From a virus, in the IMG/VR virus record IMGVR_UViG_3300017527_000643, positions 29,972-93,971 of that record: a stretch of DNA of 64,000 nucleotides; one strand, 5' to 3'. Below, piece after piece: positions 29,982-39,290 of the stretch. How positions within the stretch are numbered: the first letter of the stretch is position 1; every line of letters starts with the position of its first letter. The notes below the pieces were generated by a model. The model saw nothing but the letters and a program-made list of their open reading frames with translations. It searched no databases and had not been told where the DNA came from. A program made the translations under genes and the position numbers.

Positions 29982-31430
29982 ATGAAGGGCAAAACTCTAA
30001 TCGACTATACGAAGTGGGAAAAGGTTCAGAAGGAAGGCTTCCAAGAGAAATACGAACCGATGCAGGAAGCAATCAAGAACGGCGACAACAAGGGATATAC
30101 GTTTGACCCATTCACGCAGGATCTTTTCAGTGCCCTTTACCAATTGAAGCCGCAGTTCCCGGAAGAAGCTACCCCTGGCACGAACTGGCAAAAGGAAGCA
30201 CTCGATACGATGCGGGATCTCCGCGAGTACAAGGATATTCGCAACGGTGGAACCCTCTGCGATAGCTTCCAGTCTGGTCTGGGCGCTACTGTGATGGCAA
30301 AGCATTTTGCAGAAGTGCTGCCTGAAATGGAAGAACCAAATCCCGATGAACTTCAAATGCAGCAAGAAGCTATCGAAGATTTTCTGCAGGAATTCCCCGA
30401 TCACCCGAATAAGGAAAAGCACCAAAAGGCACTCCAGCGAATTGCAGACCAGAACAAGGCTTCGTCAAAGGCATGGCAGGAAGGTGCTATGAAGGGGCAG
30501 GATCTGCGGATTGCCATGCGCCAAGCGTTGACGAAGGCCAAAGAGGCTATCGGAAAAGCAGAAGAAATGGCAGATGCCTACGGGTTTGGCGACGAACCCG
30601 GTAAGGATGGGTACACTGACCCCACTATGAAGTTGCGGATCGCAGAGAAGGTTCGTGCCAATCCTAAGCTGCGCAAGCTGGCTGAACTGGCTGGAAGGTT
30701 CCGTAGAGAGGCTAGGAAGGCCCAGGCGCACAAGAAGTCCCCTGGCCCGGATGAGATCACGGATATCGAGATGGGAGCCGACCTGGGGCGTCTTATCCCT
30801 TCGGAGCTAATGAAGCTGGCTCACCCTCTGATGAAGCTCGAATTTGCCCGCAGGATGCTGGAACGGGGCCTGTCTCAGTATAAAATGGAATCTGTAGAAA
30901 AGAAGACTCGTGGGCCTATCATCGTTTGTATAGACAATTCATATTCGATGAGTGGTCCTAAAGAGATTTGGAGCAAAGCCATTGCGCTGGCTATGTGCCA
31001 GATTGCGGTCGATCAGAAGCGCACTTTCGAGGTTATGCATTTTGATACTAAAGTACAAAAGATCTTTGCATTTCCTGCTGGAAATACTAACCCAGAAGAA
31101 CTGATTCAGTGTATGTCATACTTTAGTAAGGGCGGTACTAAATTTGCTCCGGTGCTTGCAACAGCGTATGACCATATTACGAATGCGGCTGAAAAGGATT
31201 TGAAGGAAGCGGACGTTATCTTTATCACAGACGGCGAAGCTCCACTGAGTACCACAGAACAGCAGATTATCACTGCAGCCAAGAAGGCGACCGGTGCGAG
31301 CCTGTACACGATTTGTTTGGGTGCGACTGCCCCTAGCCTGGAGCCGATCAGCGATAAGTTCCTGGATCTCAAGAATCTGACTTCTCCTGAAGATGAGGAA
31401 CAGGCCAAAGAGCTTATTTTCTCTGTTTAG
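29982..31430 (+). CDS. ViaA-like von Willebrand A domain protein
   Basis: DLGRLIPSEL, GPIIVCIDNSYSM (MIDAS DxSxS), GGTKF, FITDG; start after GGAGG. Confidence 0.9.
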   Translation: MKGKTLIDYTKWEKVQKEGFQEKYEPMQEAIKNGDNKGYTFDPFTQDLFSALYQLKPQFPEEATPGTNWQKEALDTMRDLREYKDIRNGGTLCDSFQSGLGATVMAKHFAEVLPEMEEPNPDELQMQQEAIEDFLQEFPDHPNKEKHQKALQRIADQNKASSKAWQEGAMKGQDLRIAMRQALTKAKEAIGKAEEMADAYGFGDEPGKDGYTDPTMKLRIAEKVRANPKLRKLAELAGRFRREARKAQAHKKSPGPDEITDIEMGADLGRLIPSELMKLAHPLMKLEFARRMLERGLSQYKMESVEKKTRGPIIVCIDNSYSMSGPKEIWSKAIALAMCQIAVDQKRTFEVMHFDTKVQKIFAFPAGNTNPEELIQCMSYFSKGGTKFAPVLATAYDHITNAAEKDLKEADVIFITDGEAPLSTTEQQIITAAKKATGASLYTICLGATAPSLEPISDKFLDLKNLTSPEDEEQAKELIFSV

Positions 31431-31509
31431 CCTTACCACTCCTAGACATTCCTTAATTTTTAGCCTCCACTGTGTGGTACAATACGCCGCATGTTTGGAG
31501 GATTTCATC

Positions 31510-31905
31510 ATGGCACGGGTACTTATAGTTGATGACGATCCATCTATATTGAAATTTGTAGAGGAAATATTAAACAAATATGCGAAAAACGAATATAGTT
31601 CAGATTGGGATTTACGGGTTACTTCAGTTAGCAGCGCGATTAAAGCGCTAGAAATAGTAAAAGAGCATAATTTTGAACTGATTATAACTGATATTCTGAT
31701 GGCGCGTATGGATGGGTGGGAATTTATTAAGGAAATTAGAAAGAAATTTCCGCAGTTTGATACCCCAATTGTAGTTATATCTGCGATCCAAGGGGCAGAT
31801 CTAAAGTATGAAAGTATGCGGCACGGAGCAAGTGCCTGGTTCCATAAGCCATTGCGCCCAAAGGAATTCACCACAGAAATTTTTAAATTGATTCAGGAGC
31901 GTTAG
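31510..31905 (+). CDS. Single-domain CheY-like response regulator
   Basis: RVLIVDDD, IITDILMARMDG (phospho-Asp), IVVISA, WFHKP; start after GGAGG. Confidence 0.9.
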   Translation: MARVLIVDDDPSILKFVEEILNKYAKNEYSSDWDLRVTSVSSAIKALEIVKEHNFELIITDILMARMDGWEFIKEIRKKFPQFDTPIVVISAIQGADLKYESMRHGASAWFHKPLRPKEFTTEIFKLIQER

Positions 31906-31909
31906 GCAG

Positions 31910-32245
31910 ATGGACATCTCTACTATACTTAGCGGTATCTCTATACTCCTCGCAGCATCTTTAGTAATTTGGATGAAAGTCATTTCTGCACGGGCGTTTA
32001 AATCCCTTGATGACAAAATAAAGGATTTACACGACACTGTTGCGGGCTTAGATTCATCTGTGCGAGACATGGAAAAGGAAATCGTTCGCTTCCAAGCTTT
32101 TGAAAAGGGTGTTGATAAAGACATCAAGCAAGTGAAAGCTGACGTTATCCGTGAAGCACAGGTGATGAATAACCATTTGGAGACTGTGCATAAAAAGATC
32201 GACCACGTTGATACTATATTAGAAAAGCTGCGGGATAAAAAGTAG
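31910..32245 (+). CDS. Membrane-anchored coiled-coil protein (holin-like possible)
   Basis: Single N-terminal TM helix followed by heptad repeats. Confidence 0.5.
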   Translation: MDISTILSGISILLAASLVIWMKVISARAFKSLDDKIKDLHDTVAGLDSSVRDMEKEIVRFQAFEKGVDKDIKQVKADVIREAQVMNNHLETVHKKIDHVDTILEKLRDKK

Positions 32246-32255
32246 GGAGCCGATT

Positions 32256-32453
32256 ATGGTAACTGAAAAATTTAAAGAACTTATAGCCTACGTGGCGTCC
32301 TGCAACGGTACTGGGCGAGCAGAATTAGATCAAAAGGTTGCTGCGGGAATACTTAATAAAGACGAAGCTGATTTAGTTTTTTATTATGCTAGCATCAAAA
32401 AGATAAATAATAAATTAGACAACATTACCAAAAAAGCCAAAGCTTCTCTTTGA
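32256..32453 (+). CDS. Hypothetical protein
   Basis: GGGAG RBS, 65 aa. Confidence 0.5.
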   Translation: MVTEKFKELIAYVASCNGTGRAELDQKVAAGILNKDEADLVFYYASIKKINNKLDNITKKAKASL

Positions 32454-32489
32454 GCCTTCTTGAAGTATAATACTTCTAGGAGGCTACCC

Positions 32490-32981
32490 ATGCAACCCTA
32501 CAAAAAAATCATCAGAGATCCCATTCAAGTGTTCAGGCGCAGATGGAATGCTGACGGGCGTGGTAGGCTTATGGAAGGGCTTAGGAACGACGATAAGGCG
32601 TTCTCAGAGGACTTTGGGCAAGCTTACGTGACTACGATCCTTCCTGGGGTTATCAAAGCATGGCACATGCACGAAAAGCAAACTGATCGGATGCTGCTTC
32701 TGCGTGGGACTGTGCGGTTCGTGGCTGTCTTAGGGCTTGTGGCACATACGCCTGAAGGGCTTGGCCCGGATGTAAAAATGGATTTTGTAGTTAGCGATTT
32801 TGACCCATATTTGATTGTTATCCCGCCGACTCTCTACCATGGATTTCAAAATATGGCAGATGAAGAAGCTTATATTTTGAATATTCCTACTAAAGAATAC
32901 AACCGTGAAAACCCGGATGAAAAGCGGCTTGATCCTCATGATATTGTGGACTTTCCCTGGAAAATATCGTTGGATGGATAA
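32490..32981 (+). CDS. rmlC: dTDP-4-dehydrorhamnose 3,5-epimerase-like cupin
   Basis: DGRGRLME, PGVIKAWHMH...QTD, LIVIPPTLYHGFQN; start after TATAAT and AGGAGG. Confidence 0.75.
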   Translation: MQPYKKIIRDPIQVFRRRWNADGRGRLMEGLRNDDKAFSEDFGQAYVTTILPGVIKAWHMHEKQTDRMLLLRGTVRFVAVLGLVAHTPEGLGPDVKMDFVVSDFDPYLIVIPPTLYHGFQNMADEEAYILNIPTKEYNRENPDEKRLDPHDIVDFPWKISLDG

Positions 32982-33194
32982 ATGCCTATCTACTCTTTGA
33001 AATGTAATGCGTGTGGGCACCTCCAAGATGAGCTTATAGGGGTTTCAGAAATAGCAGAATATGATCCAAAGGATATGAACCTATCAGAGCTTAAAGTTAA
33101 GTGCAAAAAGTGTGGTAAACATAAGTTTAGCAAGCAGGTTGCTGCCCATGGTAAAATGCCCCATAACTGGAGCGAGTGGCAGCGAAGGCCATGA
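32982..33194 (+). CDS. FmdB-family zinc ribbon protein
   Basis: MPIYSLKCNACGH...CKKCG. Confidence 0.8.
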   Translation: MPIYSLKCNACGHLQDELIGVSEIAEYDPKDMNLSELKVKCKKCGKHKFSKQVAAHGKMPHNWSEWQRRP

Positions 33195-33400
33195 AAGAGA
33201 GTTTTAAAGAATTAGTAGATTTGATAGGTGACCGTAATAGTTTATGGGTAGAGCTTCGTACAGGAATAAAAATTTGTCTTGTAGCTGTAAATGACTACAA
33301 AAAGAAAGTGCTTACAGGAAGATACACGCCATGTGTGCCAAAAGCCCGGATATTTCCCATAAAATATGAACAAATTAAACGCATAGCTGGAGGTAACTAA
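33191..33400 (+). CDS. Hypothetical protein
   Basis: ATGA overlap with the upstream gene. Confidence 0.55.
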   Translation: MKESFKELVDLIGDRNSLWVELRTGIKICLVAVNDYKKKVLTGRYTPCVPKARIFPIKYEQIKRIAGGN

Positions 33401-33561
33401 TGAAAGCTAAAGACAAAAAGATGGACAAAGTAGCATACCGTAAGAAGATCCATATCCGGTTGGATGACGATCTTCACAGAAAACTAAGGTTGAAAGTAGC
33501 TAATGAAGCTACGACTATTCAAAATTATATTACAAATCTTCTAAGAAAATCCTTAGTTTAG
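33400..33561 (+). CDS. Ribbon-helix-helix (Arc/ParG-like) DNA-binding protein, not in the ORF track
   Basis: 53 aa: KKIHIRLDDDLHRKLRLKVANEATTIQNYITNLL; GGAGG RBS and TAATG overlap. Confidence 0.75.
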   Translation: MKAKDKKMDKVAYRKKIHIRLDDDLHRKLRLKVANEATTIQNYITNLLRKSLV

Positions 33562-33593
33562 GAACTTTATTACTTCCCTTCATAAAAATAAAG

Positions 33594-33622
33594 TTGACAA
33601 ATCTTTAGTAGATGTTTATATT
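33594..33622 (+). promoter_or_regulatory. Promoter TTGACA-17-TATATT
   Basis: TTGACA aatctttagtagatgtt TATATT preceded by an A-tract. Confidence 0.75.
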
Positions 33623-33671
33623 ACATCTGTCGAAGTGCTGTCGGGAACTAAACAATGAAGGGAGAACGAAC

Positions 33672-34031
33672 ATGGGTAACAAGGTAAAGAAAACGGAGCC
33701 GAAGAAGCGGGTAAAGCGGTACGACGACGCTGAGAAGGTGAAGCTCTTGAATGACTATCAGGAACTTCGAAACGGTGGCAAAAACGCTGATGTTGCTGCC
33801 AAGGAAGTTGGCGTTCCCTACATCACTTTGCGGACGTGGCAGAAGGCCAAGGAAAAGAAGCCCAAGGGCAAGAAGAAGGCTGTGAAGGCCCTTGCGCGGG
33901 GCGCGAAGGCCAAGAAGGTACGCACTCCCAAGGCTCCCAGCGCGGCTGTCGTGCTCGTGCTCACGGATGGGACGCGGGTCGAATGTGCCAATGCTACGGA
34001 TGCCGTGGCGTTCATCAAGGCCAATCGCTAA
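33672..34031 (+). CDS. HTH protein with Lys-rich linker (IS66 TnpA-like architecture)
   Basis: RYDDAEKVKLL...AAKEVGVPYITLRTWQK; C-terminal VVLVLTDGTRVEC; GAAGGGAGAAC RBS. Confidence 0.6.
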   Translation: MGNKVKKTEPKKRVKRYDDAEKVKLLNDYQELRNGGKNADVAAKEVGVPYITLRTWQKAKEKKPKGKKKAVKALARGAKAKKVRTPKAPSAAVVLVLTDGTRVECANATDAVAFIKANR

Positions 34032-34061
34032 AACAGAAGTTTAAGCAAAATTCAGTTTTGG

Positions 34062-34094
34062 AGCCAGCATAGCAATATGCTGGCTTTTCTTTTT
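34062..34094 (+). terminator. Rho-independent terminator
   Basis: AGCCAGCATA-GCAA-TATGCTGGCT followed by a T-rich tract. Confidence 0.9.
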
Positions 34095-34133
34095 GTATAA
34101 TACGTGTAGAGACTACTAAGAGGAATTTATTTT

Positions 34134-34499
34134 ATGGCTGATTTAGAGAAAGAAGAAATAAAGTCTGTAAATGCCAAAGTTTTAGCATTTGGATTGGCTG
34201 CTGTAACTCTTCTAGTTGTCGTTATTTGCGGGTGCCTAGTTGTTGCTCTTTTTAGCATGTCTTCAAGATATGTAGCCCAATTAGAAATAGCACAAGAGCG
34301 GCAAGAAATAATACATACGATGCAGCGTGCGCTAGATCGTACAGAAGGCAAATTGTCAGTTTACGAAGAGTTTATTTCGGATAGGCGTGAAGACATTGTA
34401 CAAAAATTAATCGTGAAATATCTGAGGAAATCAAAAAATAAATCTAACGCTGTTACGTTGCAGGATTTTGAAAATTGGATGGGAGTCGGTGGGAGATAA
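34134..34499 (+). CDS. Single-pass membrane protein with coiled coil
   Basis: Hydrophobic VLAFGLAAVTLLVVVICGCLVVALF segment. Confidence 0.6.
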   Translation: MADLEKEEIKSVNAKVLAFGLAAVTLLVVVICGCLVVALFSMSSRYVAQLEIAQERQEIIHTMQRALDRTEGKLSVYEEFISDRREDIVQKLIVKYLRKSKNKSNAVTLQDFENWMGVGGR

Positions 34500-34503
34500 C
34501 ATA

Positions 34504-34836
34504 ATGAGGTCAATAAACGAATACAGTTTATATGACGGTCCCACGGAAGACTATAACGAAATAAAAATACCTGTCGTAACTGAATTGAAATTGCCTAGAG
34601 ATTCTCAAGTACTTTCTGTTTTAGTAGAAAGAAATAGCCAATCATTTTCGATAAAGGTCTACGTGGAAGAAGATGAGAATGGAGATGAGGTAACCAAGCG
34701 GATCGCGCTGGTTACCAAAGATATGCCTGACAAGTATGGGATCGGTTGGCGCTTCCTCAATTCTTTAGTTGTTTCTACTGGCCCGGAAAGCCACCCTAAA
34801 AATACGCCGTATCATGCCTACGTGAAAATATGCTAA
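34504..34836 (+). CDS. Hypothetical protein
   Basis: GGGAG RBS; beta-rich small phage protein. Confidence 0.55.
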   Translation: MRSINEYSLYDGPTEDYNEIKIPVVTELKLPRDSQVLSVLVERNSQSFSIKVYVEEDENGDEVTKRIALVTKDMPDKYGIGWRFLNSLVVSTGPESHPKNTPYHAYVKIC

Positions 34837-34976
34837 ATTGTGGACTTTTTTGTGGAAAACGTGTGAAAAAGAAGAAGTTCGGCTGGTTTTTCGAAGTTTT
34901 GCAGTATAATGTGTATGTAATGTGGTGTGATTTAAACTAAACTTTCTTATTGCTAAACTTTCACGGGGACATTATA

Positions 34977-35186
34977 ATGTCGCTGACTGAAAAAGAAGTA
35001 GAACAGGCGGCAAAGGTCGTGGAAGATCTAAATAGGTCTTTTAAGGAAAAAGGAGTGGCAGAAGCGTTTACGCTAGTCGAAAAAGAGGTAGATGGAAAGA
35101 TTTGCCATTTCTTTGAATTTTCTATGCCTAAATTTGGAATAAAGACATTGACCTTAATTAATTTGCACAAAGAAGAGAGTAAATGA
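34977..35186 (+). CDS. Hypothetical protein
   Basis: GGGG RBS-like site; ATGA overlap with the next gene. Confidence 0.5.
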   Translation: MSLTEKEVEQAAKVVEDLNRSFKEKGVAEAFTLVEKEVDGKICHFFEFSMPKFGIKTLTLINLHKEESK

Positions 35187-35917
35187 GGATTCAAGTTTTA
35201 TCAGATATTCACACTGAATTTCATACTGATTCTGGGGAACAGTTTATCACTGGATATTTGCGCCCAAAGGGTGTTGATGTTTTAATCATTGCTGGGGACA
35301 TCGGTGTAGATGACTCACTGATTTATTCATTGGAACTGATCTCAAAGCATTATAAGAACGCAGCAGTCCTGTACGTACCCGGAAACCACGACTTTTACAA
35401 TAGTGATTTCCCAAATATATTGAACAACCTTAGCGTATTAGAAAGCTCCATCGATAATCTATTTGTCTTGAACAATAAAATGGTTACTATTGATGGTGTA
35501 AATTTTGTTGGTTCTCCGTTGTGGTTTAGGAAGAAAAAAGATTACAAGAAGCATGCATCTATGCTTAACGATTTCAATCTTATAAAGAATTTTGAAGATA
35601 GAGTTTTCAAAGAGAACAGGAAATGTCTAAACTTTTTGAATTGGCATACTACACAAGATTCAGTTGTAATTACGCATCACGTACCGACTGCAAAGAGCAC
35701 GCCTGCACGGTATGTGGGCGACCCTGTTAACATGTTTTTTCTTTGTGATATGGAGAAATTGATCAAAGAAAGAAAACCTAAACTTTGGGTGCATGGGCAC
35801 ACCCACGATAGTTTCAACTATATGTTAGAAAAAACTCATGTAGTATGCAACCCCCTTGGATATGTAGGACGGCAAGTCAACGCTGAGTTTATTCCAAACA
35901 TGATGATTGAACTATAG
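35183..35917 (+). CDS. Calcineurin-like metallophosphoesterase
   Basis: SDIH, AGDI, PGNHD, THH, HGHTH motifs. Confidence 0.92.
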   Translation: MRIQVLSDIHTEFHTDSGEQFITGYLRPKGVDVLIIAGDIGVDDSLIYSLELISKHYKNAAVLYVPGNHDFYNSDFPNILNNLSVLESSIDNLFVLNNKMVTIDGVNFVGSPLWFRKKKDYKKHASMLNDFNLIKNFEDRVFKENRKCLNFLNWHTTQDSVVITHHVPTAKSTPARYVGDPVNMFFLCDMEKLIKERKPKLWVHGHTHDSFNYMLEKTHVVCNPLGYVGRQVNAEFIPNMMIEL

Positions 35918-35923
35918 GATAGG

Positions 35924-36292
35924 GTGCACATGAAAGATAAGAAAAAAGAGGCTTCGCAGGTGCTGATGAAGGCACAGCAGCTTTTCTATAAAAAGCTGGC
36001 GCAAGGGTTATCTCCTGATGAGCGCCGTGCAATAAATACAAAAGTACAAGAAGAATTAGGTGCTGCAAACGATTTAGGTGGTGAAATAACCAAAGCAGTA
36101 TTTAACTACGTTTGTCCTGACACGGGTGCCTTAGTAAACTCCGTTGGCTTCCTGGCACATGGCAATGTAAACCCTGAAACAGGGGATACAGAAGCTATTG
36201 TTACCGTAGAGTGCAAGGCATGCGGGAAGGAACACCCCGTGATGGCCATATCGTTTTCTGAAATGCTTTCAATGCCTTTTATCGAAGAATAA
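35924..36292 (+). CDS. Hypothetical zinc-binding protein
   Basis: CPDTG...CKACGKEH. Confidence 0.55.
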   Translation: MHMKDKKKEASQVLMKAQQLFYKKLAQGLSPDERRAINTKVQEELGAANDLGGEITKAVFNYVCPDTGALVNSVGFLAHGNVNPETGDTEAIVTVECKACGKEHPVMAISFSEMLSMPFIEE

Positions 36293-36365
36293 CCTAACAA
36301 TTATTAAACAATCCTGCGCGTTCGTGCTTATACTCCAAGATAATAAAGCTTGGAGGGAGGCACCG

Positions 36366-36845
36366 ATGCGTGGGCCAATATTGAGAAGATCACAGGACTA
36401 TGGAGAGACGCCACCTACTGATGTAGAAGACTTTTTAGAGATGCCGACTATTGATGTAGATCTTTCTACTGAAGAGTTAAATAAGTGGTTAGATTATGAC
36501 GCTAATTATGTGAAAGCGTTAGATAAGCTGGCGCTAGATACTTTTAAGCAAACTAATAGTATGGATGCAGTTACTAATACGTTAATTTCTTATCTCCAGA
36601 AAACACTTGTTGATGGTGCACTGAAGTTATCGCCTCCTTATCAGGGATTAGCGCTTATAGCATTAGAAGATGTTGATTGGGATAACATCGTAAAGCCTTT
36701 TGCTACAGAAGCTTGGTATGGCGGTCCCGAATACCTGGATGAAGAAGAAGCAGAGTCTGCAGAGTTTGAGTCTTTGGAGCACGCAATCCAAGAAATTCCA
36801 GACTTACCTCCTCCCTCTACTACGCAGCGTGAATGGGCCTTTTAA
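36366..36845 (+). CDS. Acidic hypothetical protein with short basic N-terminus
   Basis: Start after GGAGGGAGG; MRGPILRRSQ then an acidic body. Confidence 0.6.
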   Translation: MRGPILRRSQDYGETPPTDVEDFLEMPTIDVDLSTEELNKWLDYDANYVKALDKLALDTFKQTNSMDAVTNTLISYLQKTLVDGALKLSPPYQGLALIALEDVDWDNIVKPFATEAWYGGPEYLDEEEAESAEFESLEHAIQEIPDLPPPSTTQREWAF

Positions 36846-36855
36846 CAATATAAAC

Positions 36856-36883
36856 TTGACAAACCTCCAATAATGCTTATACT
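36856..36883 (+). promoter_or_regulatory. Promoter TTGACA-16-TATACT
   Basis: Directly visible upstream of the AGGAGG RBS. Confidence 0.7.
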
Positions 36884-36903
36884 GTATTAGAAGGAGGAAG
36901 GTC

Positions 36904-37257
36904 ATGGAAAACGCTCACAACACCCCCGACACTGAAGGGGAAAGCACGCTTGGTACCATTGCAATAATTACTGGATTGATCCTGTTCCTGTGGAGCATTT
37001 TCTCTATTTTCTTTGGCATCATTGAGAACAGAACGCAGAGATTTAGCATTCGGTTCTTTGCTTTTTGCACTGTTGCGTTTGCAGAAATTCAGGCAATCTT
37101 TACACTTTATGACCACGTTTTGGCCCCGCTGCCTGGGGGCGCGTGCCGGTGGCCTGAATACCCGCACAACTTCATCTACTTTGGGATTTTTTATGCAATT
37201 CTTTATATTCTTGCTATGTTGGACACATGGGGGCGGAATAGGCGCTCAAGAGTCTAG
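36904..37257 (+). CDS. Three-helix membrane protein
   Basis: Three hydrophobic segments; strong RBS. Confidence 0.65.
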   Translation: MENAHNTPDTEGESTLGTIAIITGLILFLWSIFSIFFGIIENRTQRFSIRFFAFCTVAFAEIQAIFTLYDHVLAPLPGGACRWPEYPHNFIYFGIFYAILYILAMLDTWGRNRRSRV

Positions 37258-37281
37258 ATATTCTTAGTATTATTAACCATA

Positions 37282-37518
37282 ATGATCTGGCGCACAATCC
37301 CAAAAAAAGATCCTGAAACATCAGAATCAATCACGCGGCACAACGCCCTTCGAAGGGCGTTGTCCTCCATAGACTTTACTCTTTGGTGCCACGACGAACA
37401 ATCCCTAAAGACTAAACTTGAACGATTTTCCATACTAAAGGCCGCAGTTTACGAAGAAAATTACAACGCATTCAAGGTAGAAGACCGGGGTAAAGTCTGG
37501 TACATAATTCTAAAATAG
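37282..37518 (+). CDS. Hypothetical protein
   Basis: 78 aa ORF filling the gap. Confidence 0.45.
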   Translation: MIWRTIPKKDPETSESITRHNALRRALSSIDFTLWCHDEQSLKTKLERFSILKAAVYEENYNAFKVEDRGKVWYIILK

Positions 37519-37586
37519 TTCCAAACATAAATTAAATATATCTGCTTATTTCCCACTATGATATGGAGTACATTTAGGAGGGCTAC

Positions 37587-38645
37587 ATGACTAATTTTCT
37601 TATTGACGCGGACAGTGAAGAAGAAATGCGTCAAGTTCTTAGTTACTTGGATTTGCCAGAGATCATCAAGATTCTTAAAATACAAACGAATGATATGCCT
37701 CCTGAACAACAGAAATTCTATCTGGACGAAATAGAATTGTGGGGAGCAATTGGGGATAAGCAGCAGCTAATCAGTAACATAATCAACATAGCAGAAGAGT
37801 ACGTGGGCCTAGAAGAGGTGATGGAAGTCTTTGAGGTGCTGACAGAGGGTTTGCCTCCAATGGAGGCTCAGACCCGCTTTATGACAAAGGGCGTCCCAGA
37901 AGGCTTTGAATGGTCTGAGGAGACGAGTCCTGAAGAGCGCCTGAAGTGGCTGCGGTACTATCAATACCCAGGCTATTACAGTCGAGAGGAAAAGCAACTT
38001 ATCCAACCACATCCTGAACAAGATTACGCCGATCCAGACTTGCTAAAACGCGAATGGGAAGAGGGAAAGATATTAGGATTAGGGCCTGTTATCCCATCAG
38101 AATTACCAAAATTGGAAGAAGTGGACGAAGTAAACCAAGCCCAATTAAAAAGAATAATGGAACAACAAATTACATCTGCGCTAAATCCCCCTGCGCATAC
38201 TGCAGAAGAAAAGCAACTCCCAGCAGAAGAGCGCAGGGTAATTATATCTACGCCACGCCCATACGTGATGGAAATGGTTTACGACTATTTATACATTTCT
38301 GGGCATGAAGCAGAAGCAGAGAAATTTTTACAGGATGGTGTTTCTTCTCGCTCACGCTTTGGGTTTAGCTTAGAAAGAATTTTAAAGAGAATGTTTGATG
38401 TGATGCCTTTGGAAGACTTATATTTGCATTGGAACTCAATCGTAAACAATAAAACATTACCTTGGGTAAACGAAAATTACGTAAAAGATAGATTTGGTGG
38501 TGGTGCAATGGGGGCGAATATTGAGCCACTGTATCAAACATGGCTGGCTGAGTCAGACGTAGTTAATAATCAAATTGAATGGCCCGAGTCTGTAGAATGG
38601 GTTGAGCGCGTTCCCCCCGCAGAAGCTAATCAGTGGGAATACTAA
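37587..38645 (+). CDS. Acidic hypothetical protein (possible virion-internal)
   Basis: AGGAGG RBS; Glu-rich 352 aa. Confidence 0.65.
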   Translation: MTNFLIDADSEEEMRQVLSYLDLPEIIKILKIQTNDMPPEQQKFYLDEIELWGAIGDKQQLISNIINIAEEYVGLEEVMEVFEVLTEGLPPMEAQTRFMTKGVPEGFEWSEETSPEERLKWLRYYQYPGYYSREEKQLIQPHPEQDYADPDLLKREWEEGKILGLGPVIPSELPKLEEVDEVNQAQLKRIMEQQITSALNPPAHTAEEKQLPAEERRVIISTPRPYVMEMVYDYLYISGHEAEAEKFLQDGVSSRSRFGFSLERILKRMFDVMPLEDLYLHWNSIVNNKTLPWVNENYVKDRFGGGAMGANIEPLYQTWLAESDVVNNQIEWPESVEWVERVPPAEANQWEY

Positions 38646-38660
38646 ATCCCGTGTGCCACT

Positions 38661-38861
38661 ATGGCGAAAATAATCATACAGACGAATAGCGGGGAAGAAG
38701 TAAAAGTCATCTCTGCCAGCGACCATAATTTACGAAATTGTAACCATTCTCTTCTTAGCACCTCTGGCCTAATTACCGAAATAATAAAAGCAATTGAAGA
38801 AGCGCTCGATAAAGATGTGGATAAGGACCGCGAAACAGATCCCAATCTTAGGACACCCTGA
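38661..38861 (+). CDS. Hypothetical protein
   Basis: 66 aa; N-terminus resembles that of 38935 (AKIIIQTNSGE vs AQVLITDDEGR). Confidence 0.5.
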   Translation: MAKIIIQTNSGEEVKVISASDHNLRNCNHSLLSTSGLITEIIKAIEEALDKDVDKDRETDPNLRTP

Positions 38862-38934
38862 CAGAAGTTAATTTCTTTAGCCTTCCTATGCTACTATGCG
38901 CTTTAGAAGGCATACTTGCGCATAGGAGATTACC

Positions 38935-39288
38935 ATGGCTCAGGTGTTGATTACAGATGACGAAGGAAGAGTCCTTTTCGACGGAACGATTAACCAGCAG
39001 CATGCGTTTGATTTGGCCCAATTGGTTAAAGAAGAGTTTATGTCGAAAGAATGGCTCGACGTTCCTGAAGAAGAACTAGGGCTAGAAACTGAAGAAGCAA
39101 TTGAAGATATTCAACAACAAGATGAGGGTTGGCAACAAGTTCCCAAGGGCATTCCAGTCATCCAGCGCAGGCGTGTAGCGAGTGCGATTGCTCGCCTTGC
39201 AAAAGTTGAAAAGAAGATTGAAATTGAAGAATGGGATGATGGAAGCTGCGCCAAGGACAAACGGCGTAAAGTACACCCAAGGAAGTAG
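38935..39288 (+). CDS. Acidic hypothetical protein with RRRVASAIARLAKV motif
   Basis: AGGAG RBS. Confidence 0.65.
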   Translation: MAQVLITDDEGRVLFDGTINQQHAFDLAQLVKEEFMSKEWLDVPEEELGLETEEAIEDIQQQDEGWQQVPKGIPVIQRRRVASAIARLAKVEKKIEIEEWDDGSCAKDKRRKVHPRK

Positions 39289-39290
39289 CA

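Noticed and set aside
33612-34094. Insertion sequence
   Set aside because: HTH only; no catalytic transposase, inverted repeats or target duplication visible.
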